From assembly GCA_913050195.1 (NCBI GenBank), contig CAJXBJ010000004.1:1-51995 (forward strand): a stretch of 51,995 nt of DNA, given 5' to 3'. Source of the DNA: an uncultured Saprospirales bacterium. Its GTDB lineage: Bacteria > Bacteroidota > Bacteroidia > Chitinophagales > CAJXBJ01. A program made the position numbers and the translations under genes. Below the pieces are notes generated by a model. It was not told the DNA's origin. It was given only the letters and a program-made list of their open reading frames with translations, and did not search any database. Positions 37,905 to 48,362 of the stretch are shown here, piece by piece. How positions within the stretch are numbered: the first letter of the stretch is position 1; each line of letters starts with the position of its first letter.

Positions 37905-39790
37905 GACTAATTATACTTATATACCTGTCTTGTTTTATAACAGCAATATCTTTTGCACAAAATATTATTGGATACAGTCTATCAAAAAAAAGCGACTTTA
38001 GCGAACAACATATTTCTCGTATTAAGGAATTAACAAATGAAAAAATAAGTATAAAAAACACCTTGAATAGTATTGAAGATAACTTCTTTTTGATAGTTGA
38101 AATAAAGCCAAACTACAGAGATAGTAGTTCAATAATTCAATTACGGAATATATTTGAGTCTGTTCCTTTTCTTGATTACATAAGCCCTATAAAACAATTT
38201 GGCAGTCATTATGTTAGTCATTTACCTGAATGTATTATTAAAGTAAAGCCTGGTGTATCCTTAAATTATATTGTTAAAAAAACTAAGGATCTAGGCTTAG
38301 AATACCTAAATGAAGATAAGTCAATAGAAAATTGCTTTATATTTTCAATGAATAAATCTACAATTAGCTATGATTCCATAAAGTCTAAAATCAATAACTG
38401 GGAACATGTCGAATGGATAAATAGGAATAGCTTTTTTAGTCTTCTAACAAATGATGAGCCTGATGATACTTATTGGGAATGGCAATGGGCGTTGCACAAC
38501 ATAGGAAGCATTAAGCAAAGTTTAGGAACCCCTGGAGCTGACTTAGATGTACTTAAAGCATGGGAAATAAGTCGCGGGAACCCAAATATTAAAATAGCGG
38601 TTTTTGACAGTGGTGTGGATACTCAGCATGCGGAGTTAAGCCATTGCCTACTCACCGGCTATGATGCACTAAATCAAGGCACTAATGGCTACCCTTCTCT
38701 AGATTATGACGAAGATGGTCATGGAACATGCTGTAGCGGTATTATTGGAGCCCAATACAATAATTCAAATAGCATCACTGGTATTGCGCCCAATTGTAAA
38801 ATAGTTCCCGTGCGTGTATTTATGTATATTAATCTTAATGGTGAAATAACCGGCTATACAACACATATATGGGCTGCAAATGCAATGGCGTGGGCTTGGC
38901 AAGATGCTAATATTGATGTAGTTAATAATTCATATGGTATTCCTGATTATTTACTTCCTGTTTCAGGAATTGATACTACTTACTCTAACAATGCTATTAA
39001 AGCTGCGGTAAAAAATGGCCGAAATGGTCAAGGACTCCCAATGCTTTTTTCATCCGGTAATGAACCGGACTCTGTTGTTATATGGCCTGCGTCTTTTTAT
39101 TTAACGCTTTCTATAGGTGCTAGCAACATGTGCGACAAACTAAAAACTGTATTTGATTGTTCAAATGTAGGTTGGGGTGCCAATTATGGACAAGGCCTTG
39201 ATTGCGTTACACCTGGAGTAAAAATTGCCACTATAGATATGGTTGGAAGTAATGGATATCGTTCTGATGATTATCACATGACTTTTGGTGGTACTTCTGC
39301 ATCTTGTCCTTATGCTGCAGGAATTGTTGGTCTTATGCTTTCGGTTAATCCATTATTAACCTATGAACAAATAAAAAATATCCTACTAACTACCGCCGAG
39401 AAGGTTGGAGAATATCAATACAATCTTGAAAAGACTTACGGAACGTGGAGTACTGAAATGGGATATGGGCGACTCAATGCTTTTGAAGCTCTTAAAAAAG
39501 CACAGGCTATCTCTATAGATTCAGTTAAAGAAACAAAAGCAAGGATATATTATGATTCATATCAAAATGCTTTTTTAGAAATAGAGTTAGAAGAAACTAT
39601 GAACATATCAATAAACGCCTACAATACTATTGGTCAAAGGATTGCATCGCATAATATGAATACTGACCAAGGCAAACACATTATACCAGTTTCCTCTTTA
39701 ATAGAAAATTATCAAGGTATTGTTTTCTTTGATATTGATTTAAATAATAATTTTTATAGATTTAATTGCTGGCTTAATAATGAACTTTAA
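37901..39790 (+). CDS. S8 (subtilisin-like) serine peptidase, secreted, with a degenerate T9SS-like C-terminus
   Basis: Catalytic triad VFDSG / GHGT / GTSASCP and oxyanion SSGN. Signal peptide from ATG 37901 (ATGA overlap with the upstream stop). Confidence 0.9.
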   Translation: MRLIILIYLSCFITAISFAQNIIGYSLSKKSDFSEQHISRIKELTNEKISIKNTLNSIEDNFFLIVEIKPNYRDSSSIIQLRNIFESVPFLDYISPIKQFGSHYVSHLPECIIKVKPGVSLNYIVKKTKDLGLEYLNEDKSIENCFIFSMNKSTISYDSIKSKINNWEHVEWINRNSFFSLLTNDEPDDTYWEWQWALHNIGSIKQSLGTPGADLDVLKAWEISRGNPNIKIAVFDSGVDTQHAELSHCLLTGYDALNQGTNGYPSLDYDEDGHGTCCSGIIGAQYNNSNSITGIAPNCKIVPVRVFMYINLNGEITGYTTHIWAANAMAWAWQDANIDVVNNSYGIPDYLLPVSGIDTTYSNNAIKAAVKNGRNGQGLPMLFSSGNEPDSVVIWPASFYLTLSIGASNMCDKLKTVFDCSNVGWGANYGQGLDCVTPGVKIATIDMVGSNGYRSDDYHMTFGGTSASCPYAAGIVGLMLSVNPLLTYEQIKNILLTTAEKVGEYQYNLEKTYGTWSTEMGYGRLNAFEALKKAQAISIDSVKETKARIYYDSYQNAFLEIELEETMNISINAYNTIGQRIASHNMNTDQGKHIIPVSSLIENYQGIVFFDIDLNNNFYRFNCWLNNEL

Positions 39791-42700
39791 TCCAACCTGC
39801 CCATGTTTTTGAAGAACAGTTAAGCTGATAAAAATAGGTGTCATTCGCTAACTTATTACCATTTGACTTTATACCTCCCCAATTATTTTGATAAGAATCT
39901 TCTTCATAAACTAAAGTACCCCACCGATCAAATATTTGAATACTACATGGTGCCATTCTTTGCAGAAAACCTGGAATTCTAAATTCATCATTTCTTCCAT
40001 CACCATTAGGCGATATAATATTAGGAATCATTACATTTTCACAGACCTCAACACTTAGCGTATCAGACTGCATACATCCATTAGTATAATACACATCTAT
40101 GATAGGGTGATAAGTAAATGGATAATCTTTTCCTATCTCCTTCTCATATATATAATCAACAGTTGCAGAATCACTTTCATCTCCATTGCCAAAACTCCAT
40201 ATATTTTCAGATACAGACATTGATGTCGGCAGATCCACATTATAAGCAAACTGAACCTCTAATGGATAACAATATGTTGAATCATAGCTTATATACGCAT
40301 CAATAGTTGGAGAATATTTTTTATCTATAGTATCCATTTCCTGAGACTGACATCCATTAGAATCAGTACCAATAACCATTAAAATAGAAGTATCTAAAAA
40401 CAGATAGCTTAAACTGGCTATACTATCAGCAATAGTATCCCATGACATTTGCCATTCAAACCAAGTATAATGTTCCGCCCCATACACATTAAGATTTACC
40501 AAACTATCATAACATAAGGATGAGTCTATATTTATAAGCTTAATGTTAGGAATACTATCAATATAAATATTTAATGAATCTGAGTAAGTTCCACAACCTA
40601 CATCCGAATTCAAAGTATAATAAAGCTTAATCAAACCAAGGACAGAGTCATTTACATATGATAAATCTTCAGGATTAATTGAAGTACCAAAAACTCCACC
40701 CTTTCCACTATCACTCCATTGAACAGACGAAAATCCATAAAAAGGATTTGTATATAATAAACTATCCCCGTTACAAACATTAAGGCTAGTATCTAAGTTT
40801 GAATAAGGACTCTGTAATATACTAAAGCATAAAGTATCTGAGATTGAAGGACACACATTGTAATTATACGCATCTAGAACTATACATTGGGTATTTCCAA
40901 TAGCAACTAATTCTGTTGAGAAACTCGTACTCACCTGATTTACAGATGATGTAAATGCCCCACCAATAAACAATTGCTTCCAAAGCATACTATCAGCCTG
41001 CACATTAGCACTAAAATTAATTGAATTTCCTGAGCATATAGAAGATATATTATTTATAATATTGGCTACTGGTCTTTTATCTACATTAATTAAAATACTG
41101 TCTGAATTTGATCCACATAAAGCAAAACTATCAACCACTTTAGCTATCATAAGGATTGAATCATTATTCCCATTATAAATGTATGTTGGCTCATAACTAG
41201 TAGAGTCATCAAAGTTACCACCTGCCCCATTATCTGACCATACAACCATTCCATTAACCATTGCACTTATTGAAAGGGGTTCCCCTTCACAAATATTAGT
41301 ATCTGACGGTAAATTAACCTGAAGATCAATGACTTTTACTCGTACACTATCGATTGCAACACATTGTTTCATGTCAATAATTGAAACGTAATATGTAATA
41401 CTCGAGTCAGGACTTGCCGAAGAATAATAAAGATTCGGGTTGGAAAGTCCCATTGTTGGCAACCATGTATAAGCATGTGCCAAAGGAGAGCCTGGCGTAC
41501 CCATATCTTGAGCACTGGCACTTAACAATATTGTCTGACCTTTACATATAGTATCTCCAATTCCTGCATCAACAGACAATGAAGGATTTACCTCAACATA
41601 TATACTATCTATGTCTGAGCATAAATTGCCATCAATAACCTCAAAACTAAACCACTGTGAAGTATCTGGGTAAGCCCAACTTGAAAACCCTAAAGTATCC
41701 TCAATGGCTTCCACAGGATTCCATTTAAAGACATGACCCACTGGAAAACCTAATGTTCCAGAATCTACTAATGCTGAAGTAAGATAAAGTGAATCACCAT
41801 AACATAAAAAAGAAGTATCAGAGCTTATAGTAACATTTAAGGGGGGATTAATTGAAACAAGTACAGTGTCATTAGATTCACAAAGTGATGCATCAATCAC
41901 TTTTATTCTAAAAAAGCCCGTGTCCTGCAGATAAGCCAAAGTAATTGCTGAATCCCCTTGAATTAAGGAGTCACTATTATTATAAAGTAAGTTTTCCCAT
42001 TCATAGCTATATGGACCTGTACCAAGCGCTAAACTATCAATTACAACACTTAAGGTTACTGGATCAAAATTGCAGGACGCCATAGGATTTGAAAAGGCCG
42101 ATGTTTCCAATGGAGGATTAACATTAATCTGAACAGTGTCTGAAGCTTTACATGCGTTTATATCCTCTACATTGATAATATACGTCATAGTATCAATGAG
42201 AGAGCTAACAACATTTAATTGAGTTGTGTCATCCAAATAGTCAGTAGGAATCCATGAAAAAGAAAAACTGCCAGCACCAGCATCTATATTAGCACTTAAA
42301 GCGGCTGTTTCACCATAGCAAATAAAAGAATCACTTATTAAGCCAACCTCAAGATAAGGAGAAACATTTATCGTTAAACTATCTGTAGCTGTACATAAAT
42401 TAGAGTCTGTAACAATTAGATGATAAGTAGTAGTTGTATCAGGGCTTGCTAAAGGTTGCTGAATATTAGCATTGTTAAGGCCAAGGCTTGGTGTCCATAC
42501 ATAAGCATAAGGTGCAGGAACACCAATTGTTCCACTGTCAATTACTAATGTATTTAGCTGTATTGTTTCATTTTGACAAATAGTATCATCTGGTAAAACC
42601 TCAATATTCAAAGCTGGGTTAACTTTTATATAAACACTATCTGTTGCTTCACATAAATTACCATCCGTTACCTTAATAATATACTTTATACTCTCATTAG

Positions 42701-45074
42701 GATAAGCTTTAGAACTTAATGCATTGGAATCTTGAATATACGTTGTGGGCAACCACTGAAAAACATGGGCCACGGGAACGCCTGGATATCCACTATCTAT
42801 AAGAATAGCGTCTAATTGAATACTATCCCCGTAACAAATAAGATTTTGGTTGACATTTAGATTAATATTAAGAGGTGCACTCACTGTAATTACAGTACTA
42901 TCAACTTTTGTACATGCATTAACATCACTTACGCTTATATAATAAACGCCTAGTGCTAATTGATTAATTGAAGAGGTTGTGTCGCCTGTACTCCATATAT
43001 AAGTGTAATCAGGTGTCCCCCCCTGCACAAAAACTTCTGTTACACCACCATTATTACTTGCACAAGAAAAAGCTGTATCAACCACATTTATTTGTAAAGA
43101 TTGTGGTTCCCAAACCACTGAACTAGTCTCTAATGTACAAAGTGCTGCATCGGTAATAGTCACAGCATAAGTAGAGGCAGAAAGGTTAGTATTTAATGAT
43201 GTCGTTGCCCCATTTGTCCAAGCATATTGATAAGCTCCAAAACCATTACTGACATTTACATTTAGCTCTCCATTTTCATCACCAGCGCAAAGCAAACTAT
43301 CAGCAATTATATTGGCTTGCATGTTCGATATTAAACCAACTTGAACCGTATCTGTTTTTTGACATCCAACTTCATCATAGATGTTCACTATATATGTACC
43401 TGCATCTAAATTATTAATTAGAGACCCATTCAAACCATTAGACCAAATTATTGAATCAATTAAAAAGCTATTTTGAACATTACTTTCAATACTGCCATCT
43501 TGAGAATACGAACACGTTTCCGCGGAGACAGTGTAATTAGCAAGCATAGGCACACCCTCTATTATTTTAACTGAATCACTTGCCATACATCCAGAAGAGT
43601 CAGTCACACTTATATTGTAAATGCCCGATGATGATAAAGTAATTAGTCCTGTACTGTCCCCGGTAGACCATGCATAAGAGGCATATCCATTATTCGCACT
43701 AATAGCTATGCTATCACCTGAACAAAGACGAATACTATCGTCCAAACTAAGGCCTAAAGAATTTAAATTAATTTCAAATGTATCAAAACAGCCGAGCATT
43801 GCCACGCTAACTTGATCTAATCCGGTTACGACATAACTTATAGTATCATCATTATCACCTGTTGACCAAAAAATATCATTCGGTGAAAAAACACTGTTTT
43901 CTACATATAAAATAACGGTATCATATAAACAATATTCACTTGAATATGGGCTTGCGCCAATTTCCATTGCAACAACATCAATACTATCTTCATGAGTACA
44001 ACCAAAAGAATCTGATACAGTAACACTATATAAATCCTCAATATTGGATTGAATATTAGCTAAAGTATCTCCATTACTCCAAAAATAACTTTCATAAGAA
44101 CCAGATAAATTTAAATTAAACTGACCTGTTATACAAAATGAAAGAACTGTATCTAGTATTAGATTTTCATTTGAAACATTAATTATGAAAGTATCCGCAA
44201 ATTCAAAAGAACATTTATCTTTAGATGTATATGTATATGTCTTTTGAGTATCTGGGAAAAAATGAAAAATAGATTGGCTAGTATCCATTTCAACCAAACT
44301 CAGCCAGTTTAATGTATCTCCATATATATTCTCTACAGTAAATGTATCTCCATAGCAGATTAGTGAATCAGAAATATCTCCAGAATTAGAATTATATAAA
44401 GGACATACTGATTGGGCATTAGAACCAATACTTGTCGATCCCGTCCAGCCAAAATAAAGTTGTGATTGGCCCCCGAAAACAGTGTTAATAATATTGCCAT
44501 TATATTCTAAAGCTAGATTACAATCAAGATATATTTTTAGCCTATTACTATCACTTAACCATTCAATTCTAACATTATGTAACTGACAATCTTCAATATT
44601 CGCAGAATCAAACAATGTAGGACCTACTAAAGTATTAAGTACGTCGGAATGATCTGTTATCCCATTTTTCATAAGCGAAATATGATCATGCATAGAATCA
44701 TTTAAAGCTATATGATGATATGTATCAAACTCTACAGCTATTGATGGAGTAATTCCTGCATAACCCATATTGCCAGCGGATGGAACAACGTTAACACCCT
44801 GATTCTGTAATACAAAAGCCAATCCATCCCCACCAACATCATTACAACCAAAATTCACCTCATATATTAGTACAAAATCATCACTTAAATCTAATGGCGT
44901 ACTGTTCCAAATAGCTCCTGATTGGTATGTAACATCAGATGTTATTTGATAACAGCTCCCCACTTCAATAGCATCAGCTTGAACTTGATATTGTGCATTT
45001 AAGACATAGCACAAAACCAAATTCATTAATACTATAAAAGTTTTTAACCTATTTATTCCCATCAACAATGACAC
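39774..45074 (-). CDS. Giant surface adhesin-like protein: L-type lectin + Ig-like/SprB repeats + PKD + T9SS type B (CHU_C) CTD
   Basis: GGDGLAFVLQ, SIAVEFDTY and FGWTGST lectin motifs; Cys-containing ~85-aa repeats; IPNIISPNGDGRNDEF...IFDRWG...DTYFY type B CTD. Confidence 0.9.
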   Translation of the reverse strand: MSLLMGINRLKTFIVLMNLVLCYVLNAQYQVQADAIEVGSCYQITSDVTYQSGAIWNSTPLDLSDDFVLIYEVNFGCNDVGGDGLAFVLQNQGVNVVPSAGNMGYAGITPSIAVEFDTYHHIALNDSMHDHISLMKNGITDHSDVLNTLVGPTLFDSANIEDCQLHNVRIEWLSDSNRLKIYLDCNLALEYNGNIINTVFGGQSQLYFGWTGSTSIGSNAQSVCPLYNSNSGDISDSLICYGDTFTVENIYGDTLNWLSLVEMDTSQSIFHFFPDTQKTYTYTSKDKCSFEFADTFIINVSNENLILDTVLSFCITGQFNLNLSGSYESYFWSNGDTLANIQSNIEDLYSVTVSDSFGCTHEDSIDVVAMEIGASPYSSEYCLYDTVILYVENSVFSPNDIFWSTGDNDDTISYVVTGLDQVSVAMLGCFDTFEINLNSLGLSLDDSIRLCSGDSIAISANNGYASYAWSTGDSTGLITLSSSGIYNISVTDSSGCMASDSVKIIEGVPMLANYTVSAETCSYSQDGSIESNVQNSFLIDSIIWSNGLNGSLINNLDAGTYIVNIYDEVGCQKTDTVQVGLISNMQANIIADSLLCAGDENGELNVNVSNGFGAYQYAWTNGATTSLNTNLSASTYAVTITDAALCTLETSSVVWEPQSLQINVVDTAFSCASNNGGVTEVFVQGGTPDYTYIWSTGDTTSSINQLALGVYYISVSDVNACTKVDSTVITVSAPLNINLNVNQNLICYGDSIQLDAILIDSGYPGVPVAHVFQWLPTTYIQDSNALSSKAYPNESIKYIIKVTDGNLCEATDSVYIKVNPALNIEVLPDDTICQNETIQLNTLVIDSGTIGVPAPYAYVWTPSLGLNNANIQQPLASPDTTTTYHLIVTDSNLCTATDSLTINVSPYLEVGLISDSFICYGETAALSANIDAGAGSFSFSWIPTDYLDDTTQLNVVSSLIDTMTYIINVEDINACKASDTVQINVNPPLETSAFSNPMASCNFDPVTLSVVIDSLALGTGPYSYEWENLLYNNSDSLIQGDSAITLAYLQDTGFFRIKVIDASLCESNDTVLVSINPPLNVTISSDTSFLCYGDSLYLTSALVDSGTLGFPVGHVFKWNPVEAIEDTLGFSSWAYPDTSQWFSFEVIDGNLCSDIDSIYVEVNPSLSVDAGIGDTICKGQTILLSASAQDMGTPGSPLAHAYTWLPTMGLSNPNLYYSSASPDSSITYYVSIIDMKQCVAIDSVRVKVIDLQVNLPSDTNICEGEPLSISAMVNGMVVWSDNGAGGNFDDSTSYEPTYIYNGNNDSILMIAKVVDSFALCGSNSDSILINVDKRPVANIINNISSICSGNSINFSANVQADSMLWKQLFIGGAFTSSVNQVSTSFSTELVAIGNTQCIVLDAYNYNVCPSISDTLCFSILQSPYSNLDTSLNVCNGDSLLYTNPFYGFSSVQWSDSGKGGVFGTSINPEDLSYVNDSVLGLIKLYYTLNSDVGCGTYSDSLNIYIDSIPNIKLINIDSSLCYDSLVNLNVYGAEHYTWFEWQMSWDTIADSIASLSYLFLDTSILMVIGTDSNGCQSQEMDTIDKKYSPTIDAYISYDSTYCYPLEVQFAYNVDLPTSMSVSENIWSFGNGDESDSATVDYIYEKEIGKDYPFTYHPIIDVYYTNGCMQSDTLSVEVCENVMIPNIISPNGDGRNDEFRIPGFLQRMAPCSIQIFDRWGTLVYEEDSYQNNWGGIKSNGNKLANDTYFYQLNCSSKTWAGWIKVHY
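41350..42870 (-). repeat. Six tandem ~85-aa Ig-like repeats within the adhesin, including a duplicated pair (boundaries approximate)
   Basis: Recurring (I/L)CxGDSxxL...W.P...Y...V.D.N.C...DS..V.VNP units. DSGxxGxPxxH/YxxxW loop at about 42750-42803, 42490-42545, 41716-41770 and 41458-41510. Confidence 0.75.
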
Positions 45075-45098
45075 TAAGCCTTTATTAAATTAAACATA

Positions 45099-48000
45099 TC
45101 AAATTATTTTGACCACTTTTTCGTCAGGGTAATATAGATATCCTTTAGTTTTTGGATAACCCATACTTATCAACAAGCGCTTATATTTTTCTACTTGTCT
45201 TATATGTTTTTCTTTAAAGTCCCCAAATTTAAAGTCAATAACAATAGTTTCTTCCTTATTCATCAATACTCTATCCAATATATAAATATTGTTTTCCTCA
45301 ATTATGCTTCTCTCATTAAGGACATCCCACTTTGTGTCAAACCACTCTGAAACTGGAGGGTAATTTATATATTCATCTAATTTCTTTTTAAGATAACCGA
45401 GGTCATCTATCCAACTAGTCTGACTTTCACTAAATTCCTCTATTATTCTATCAACATCTGATTTGTATTTTATTTTTGCTAATAACTCATGCATCATAGT
45501 GCCATATGCCAATTGCGACTCTGATGTGTTTTGAGACACAAAATGAATAGATGACTTATTTTTAATTTTATATAAATCTCTCCAATTATATACTGGATAT
45601 TTTTCTATACGATTTAGATTTTGATTCGTTGAATGATTAAATACCTCATCTAACTTATGCGAAATATTTGTTTGGATTAATTCGATTAAACGCTTTTTCC
45701 TGAATTCAAAACCATCAATTTGAAAATTATTTATATTTGAATATGTACATTGATATATCAAATCAGATATCTTACTAAAATTCCCTTTACTTAATTCCTT
45801 TTCATCTGGAGCAAAACACCAAACAAATAACTTTTTTCTTGCTCTAGTACATGCTACGTAGAAAACGTTTATTGCATCCATAACAGCATAAATACTTTCT
45901 TTATAGGCTTCTTTATAGAATAAGCTCTCCTTAAGTCTACTATTATAATACATGGGTAGATTGAATCTAGATTTAAATGGCTCGTCTTCTACACTGCACC
46001 ATAAAATATTATCTCCCTTTTTATCATCCAAATACCAATCACAATATGGTATTATAACAATATCATAGGCTAGTCCTTTTGCTTTATGAATTGTTGAGAC
46101 TTGAATAGCTTCCATTTCACTCATAAGGCTTACTGAAAAACGGTGCCCTTCTTCAGACCACCATATTAAGACATCACTTAAGCCCAAATTTTTTTGTTGG
46201 GTATATTCTAATATCGCTTCTTGAAAATATTGCAAATAAATTATTTCTGACTGTATTTCGGAAAGACCATACAGTGCAATAATATACTCTACTAGCTCAT
46301 AAACAGAGACATCGCCAATTTCAAATATTGAATCAAGCTTTAAATCCTTTTCTATATTAATATAGTCCTTACTTAAATAAGGCTCAGGGTTTAATACATA
46401 TTTATCGCTAAAAATAGAATTAAGCAATTGATGTATTGACATCAGATAAACAGGGTCTCTATTATTGACATACTCAAGAATATTAATAATAAGTTGAACT
46501 ATCTTTGAATTTGATATCAATAATGCATCCTTAGAAAGTGCTGAAACACCTCCATCATAACTTAATATCATATTTACAATATCCCTAGCTTCACTATTTG
46601 TTCTTACCAGGACAGTAATCTGATCTGCTTTATAACCCTCAGATATTAATGATTCAATACACTTATAAAGTTTCGCTTGTACTTTATCATTTTTTTCATT
46701 TCGATCCCTTTTTGAATCCAAATGAATAAAATCTATACCAACTTCTCCACCCTCTGTTTCTGGCAATACTTGCTCAACTCCGCTATAAGCATCAATAAAT
46801 ATTTTATCAAACCCTTGCTGACTAATGTACTCCTTTAAAGAAGGTTCAAGCTGATTATATTCTAAATTAACATGTGACTGATAAAATTGGGGTAACAATG
46901 AAAAAAGATGATTATTAAAATCAACAATTTCCCTTGTACTCCTAAAATTATTATTTAAAGACGTGTGCTGAACATTAAAATGGCCTAATGTTTCATCGAC
47001 TTCCTTAAGAAGTAAATGCCAATCTCCACCACGCCATCGATAAACAGATTGTTTGACATCTCCTACTATCATGTTGTAACAATTATCCGCTAAACTATTT
47101 ATGATCAAAGGTTTAAAATTAGACCATTGCAATCTAGAGGTATCTTGAAATTCATCGATCAGTAAATGCTTATAAGTATTTCCAGCCCATTCATAAACAC
47201 TTGCTTCTTCTCGCCCTCCTATAACCTGATTTAATAATTGATGAGTATCAGATATCAGCAAAATATTTTCCTTAACTCTATAGTGCTTTAAAGCATCATT
47301 AAGTTCATGCATTATAGCAAAAGCATAAAGATTCTTTTGTATTTCCTCTAAACTTACTAACAAACGATAATCGGTAGAGAGAATTAATCTTATGTTTTCT
47401 AAGCAATCTAAAACTTCCTCATATACCAAGCTTAAGGCCACTTTTATTTGATCATTTGCCGTTTTTGAATGCCAATTCTCAAAACCGTCAAGCGCTTTTT
47501 GAACACTTATATTCATTTTATAATCAATAGATGTTTGACCATGTGCACATCTTTTGACATAATTGTGTATATATTTAAATTTTTGACCAAGCAAAGGCTC
47601 TTCTCCCAATTTTTCAGAAATTATACTTAATGCCAATTTGGCTATGTCTTGAATACTAGAATTAATGCGCTTTTTTTCAGTTTTAACAACTTTCATTAAG
47701 GCTTTCTGATCATTCCCTTTAAAGCTTGTATTGTTCCACGCACTTTCTTTAAGAATCTCTTTACATAGTACTGTTAAGTCTCTTTTAAAATTCCAACTCT
47801 TACCTTGTCTTATCTTGTAAATAGAAAGCTCTGAAAGCCAACGCCTTAAGTCCTTGTCTTTATGAATACGCCGAAAAACATCTAGACTAACTTCATTGAT
47901 GACTTTTTCTGTATTTAACTCAATATTATAGTTTTCCAAAATGCCAAGGTCTAAAATAAAAGCTCTTAGTATTTTTTGAATAAAGCTATCAATAGTTTTA

Positions 48001-48314
48001 ACTGAAAATCGAGAATAGTCATGTAAAATATTCTGCAAAGCAACTTTAGAACGATATCTAATTGTCCTAGTATCTGTTTCTAACTCCTCCTCTAGTTTTG
48101 CTAAATATGAGCTAGGTTCTCCTTTAGACAATTTAGTGAGTTCCTCTATAATTCGACGCTTCATTTCTCTGGTAGCATCATTAGTAAAGGTTACTGCCAA
48201 ACATGACTCATATTTATTGTAAGGATCCTGAAGAATTAACCGAATATACTGATAGGCCAAGTTATAGGTCTTTCCAGATCCAGCTGAGGCTTTAAATATT
48301 TCAATTTTAGACAA
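45099..48314 (-). CDS. UvrD-family helicase with C-terminal PD-(D/E)xK nuclease (AddA/RecB-like)
   Basis: ASAGSGKT, VTFTNDAT.EMK, IDEFQDTS, VGDVKQSVYRWRG, STIHKAKGL, YVACTRA and LDRVL...VIDFKFG motifs; TTG start. Confidence 0.92.
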   Translation of the reverse strand: MSKIEIFKASAGSGKTYNLAYQYIRLILQDPYNKYESCLAVTFTNDATREMKRRIIEELTKLSKGEPSSYLAKLEEELETDTRTIRYRSKVALQNILHDYSRFSVKTIDSFIQKILRAFILDLGILENYNIELNTEKVINEVSLDVFRRIHKDKDLRRWLSELSIYKIRQGKSWNFKRDLTVLCKEILKESAWNNTSFKGNDQKALMKVVKTEKKRINSSIQDIAKLALSIISEKLGEEPLLGQKFKYIHNYVKRCAHGQTSIDYKMNISVQKALDGFENWHSKTANDQIKVALSLVYEEVLDCLENIRLILSTDYRLLVSLEEIQKNLYAFAIMHELNDALKHYRVKENILLISDTHQLLNQVIGGREEASVYEWAGNTYKHLLIDEFQDTSRLQWSNFKPLIINSLADNCYNMIVGDVKQSVYRWRGGDWHLLLKEVDETLGHFNVQHTSLNNNFRSTREIVDFNNHLFSLLPQFYQSHVNLEYNQLEPSLKEYISQQGFDKIFIDAYSGVEQVLPETEGGEVGIDFIHLDSKRDRNEKNDKVQAKLYKCIESLISEGYKADQITVLVRTNSEARDIVNMILSYDGGVSALSKDALLISNSKIVQLIINILEYVNNRDPVYLMSIHQLLNSIFSDKYVLNPEPYLSKDYINIEKDLKLDSIFEIGDVSVYELVEYIIALYGLSEIQSEIIYLQYFQEAILEYTQQKNLGLSDVLIWWSEEGHRFSVSLMSEMEAIQVSTIHKAKGLAYDIVIIPYCDWYLDDKKGDNILWCSVEDEPFKSRFNLPMYYNSRLKESLFYKEAYKESIYAVMDAINVFYVACTRARKKLFVWCFAPDEKELSKGNFSKISDLIYQCTYSNINNFQIDGFEFRKKRLIELIQTNISHKLDEVFNHSTNQNLNRIEKYPVYNWRDLYKIKNKSSIHFVSQNTSESQLAYGTMMHELLAKIKYKSDVDRIIEEFSESQTSWIDDLGYLKKKLDEYINYPPVSEWFDTKWDVLNERSIIEENNIYILDRVLMNKEETIVIDFKFGDFKEKHIRQVEKYKRLLISMGYPKTKGYLYYPDEKVVKII

Positions 48315-48362
48315 TTCTGTGGCTTTACTTAAATATAAAGCCTTTTAAGGAATTCTCTAGTA

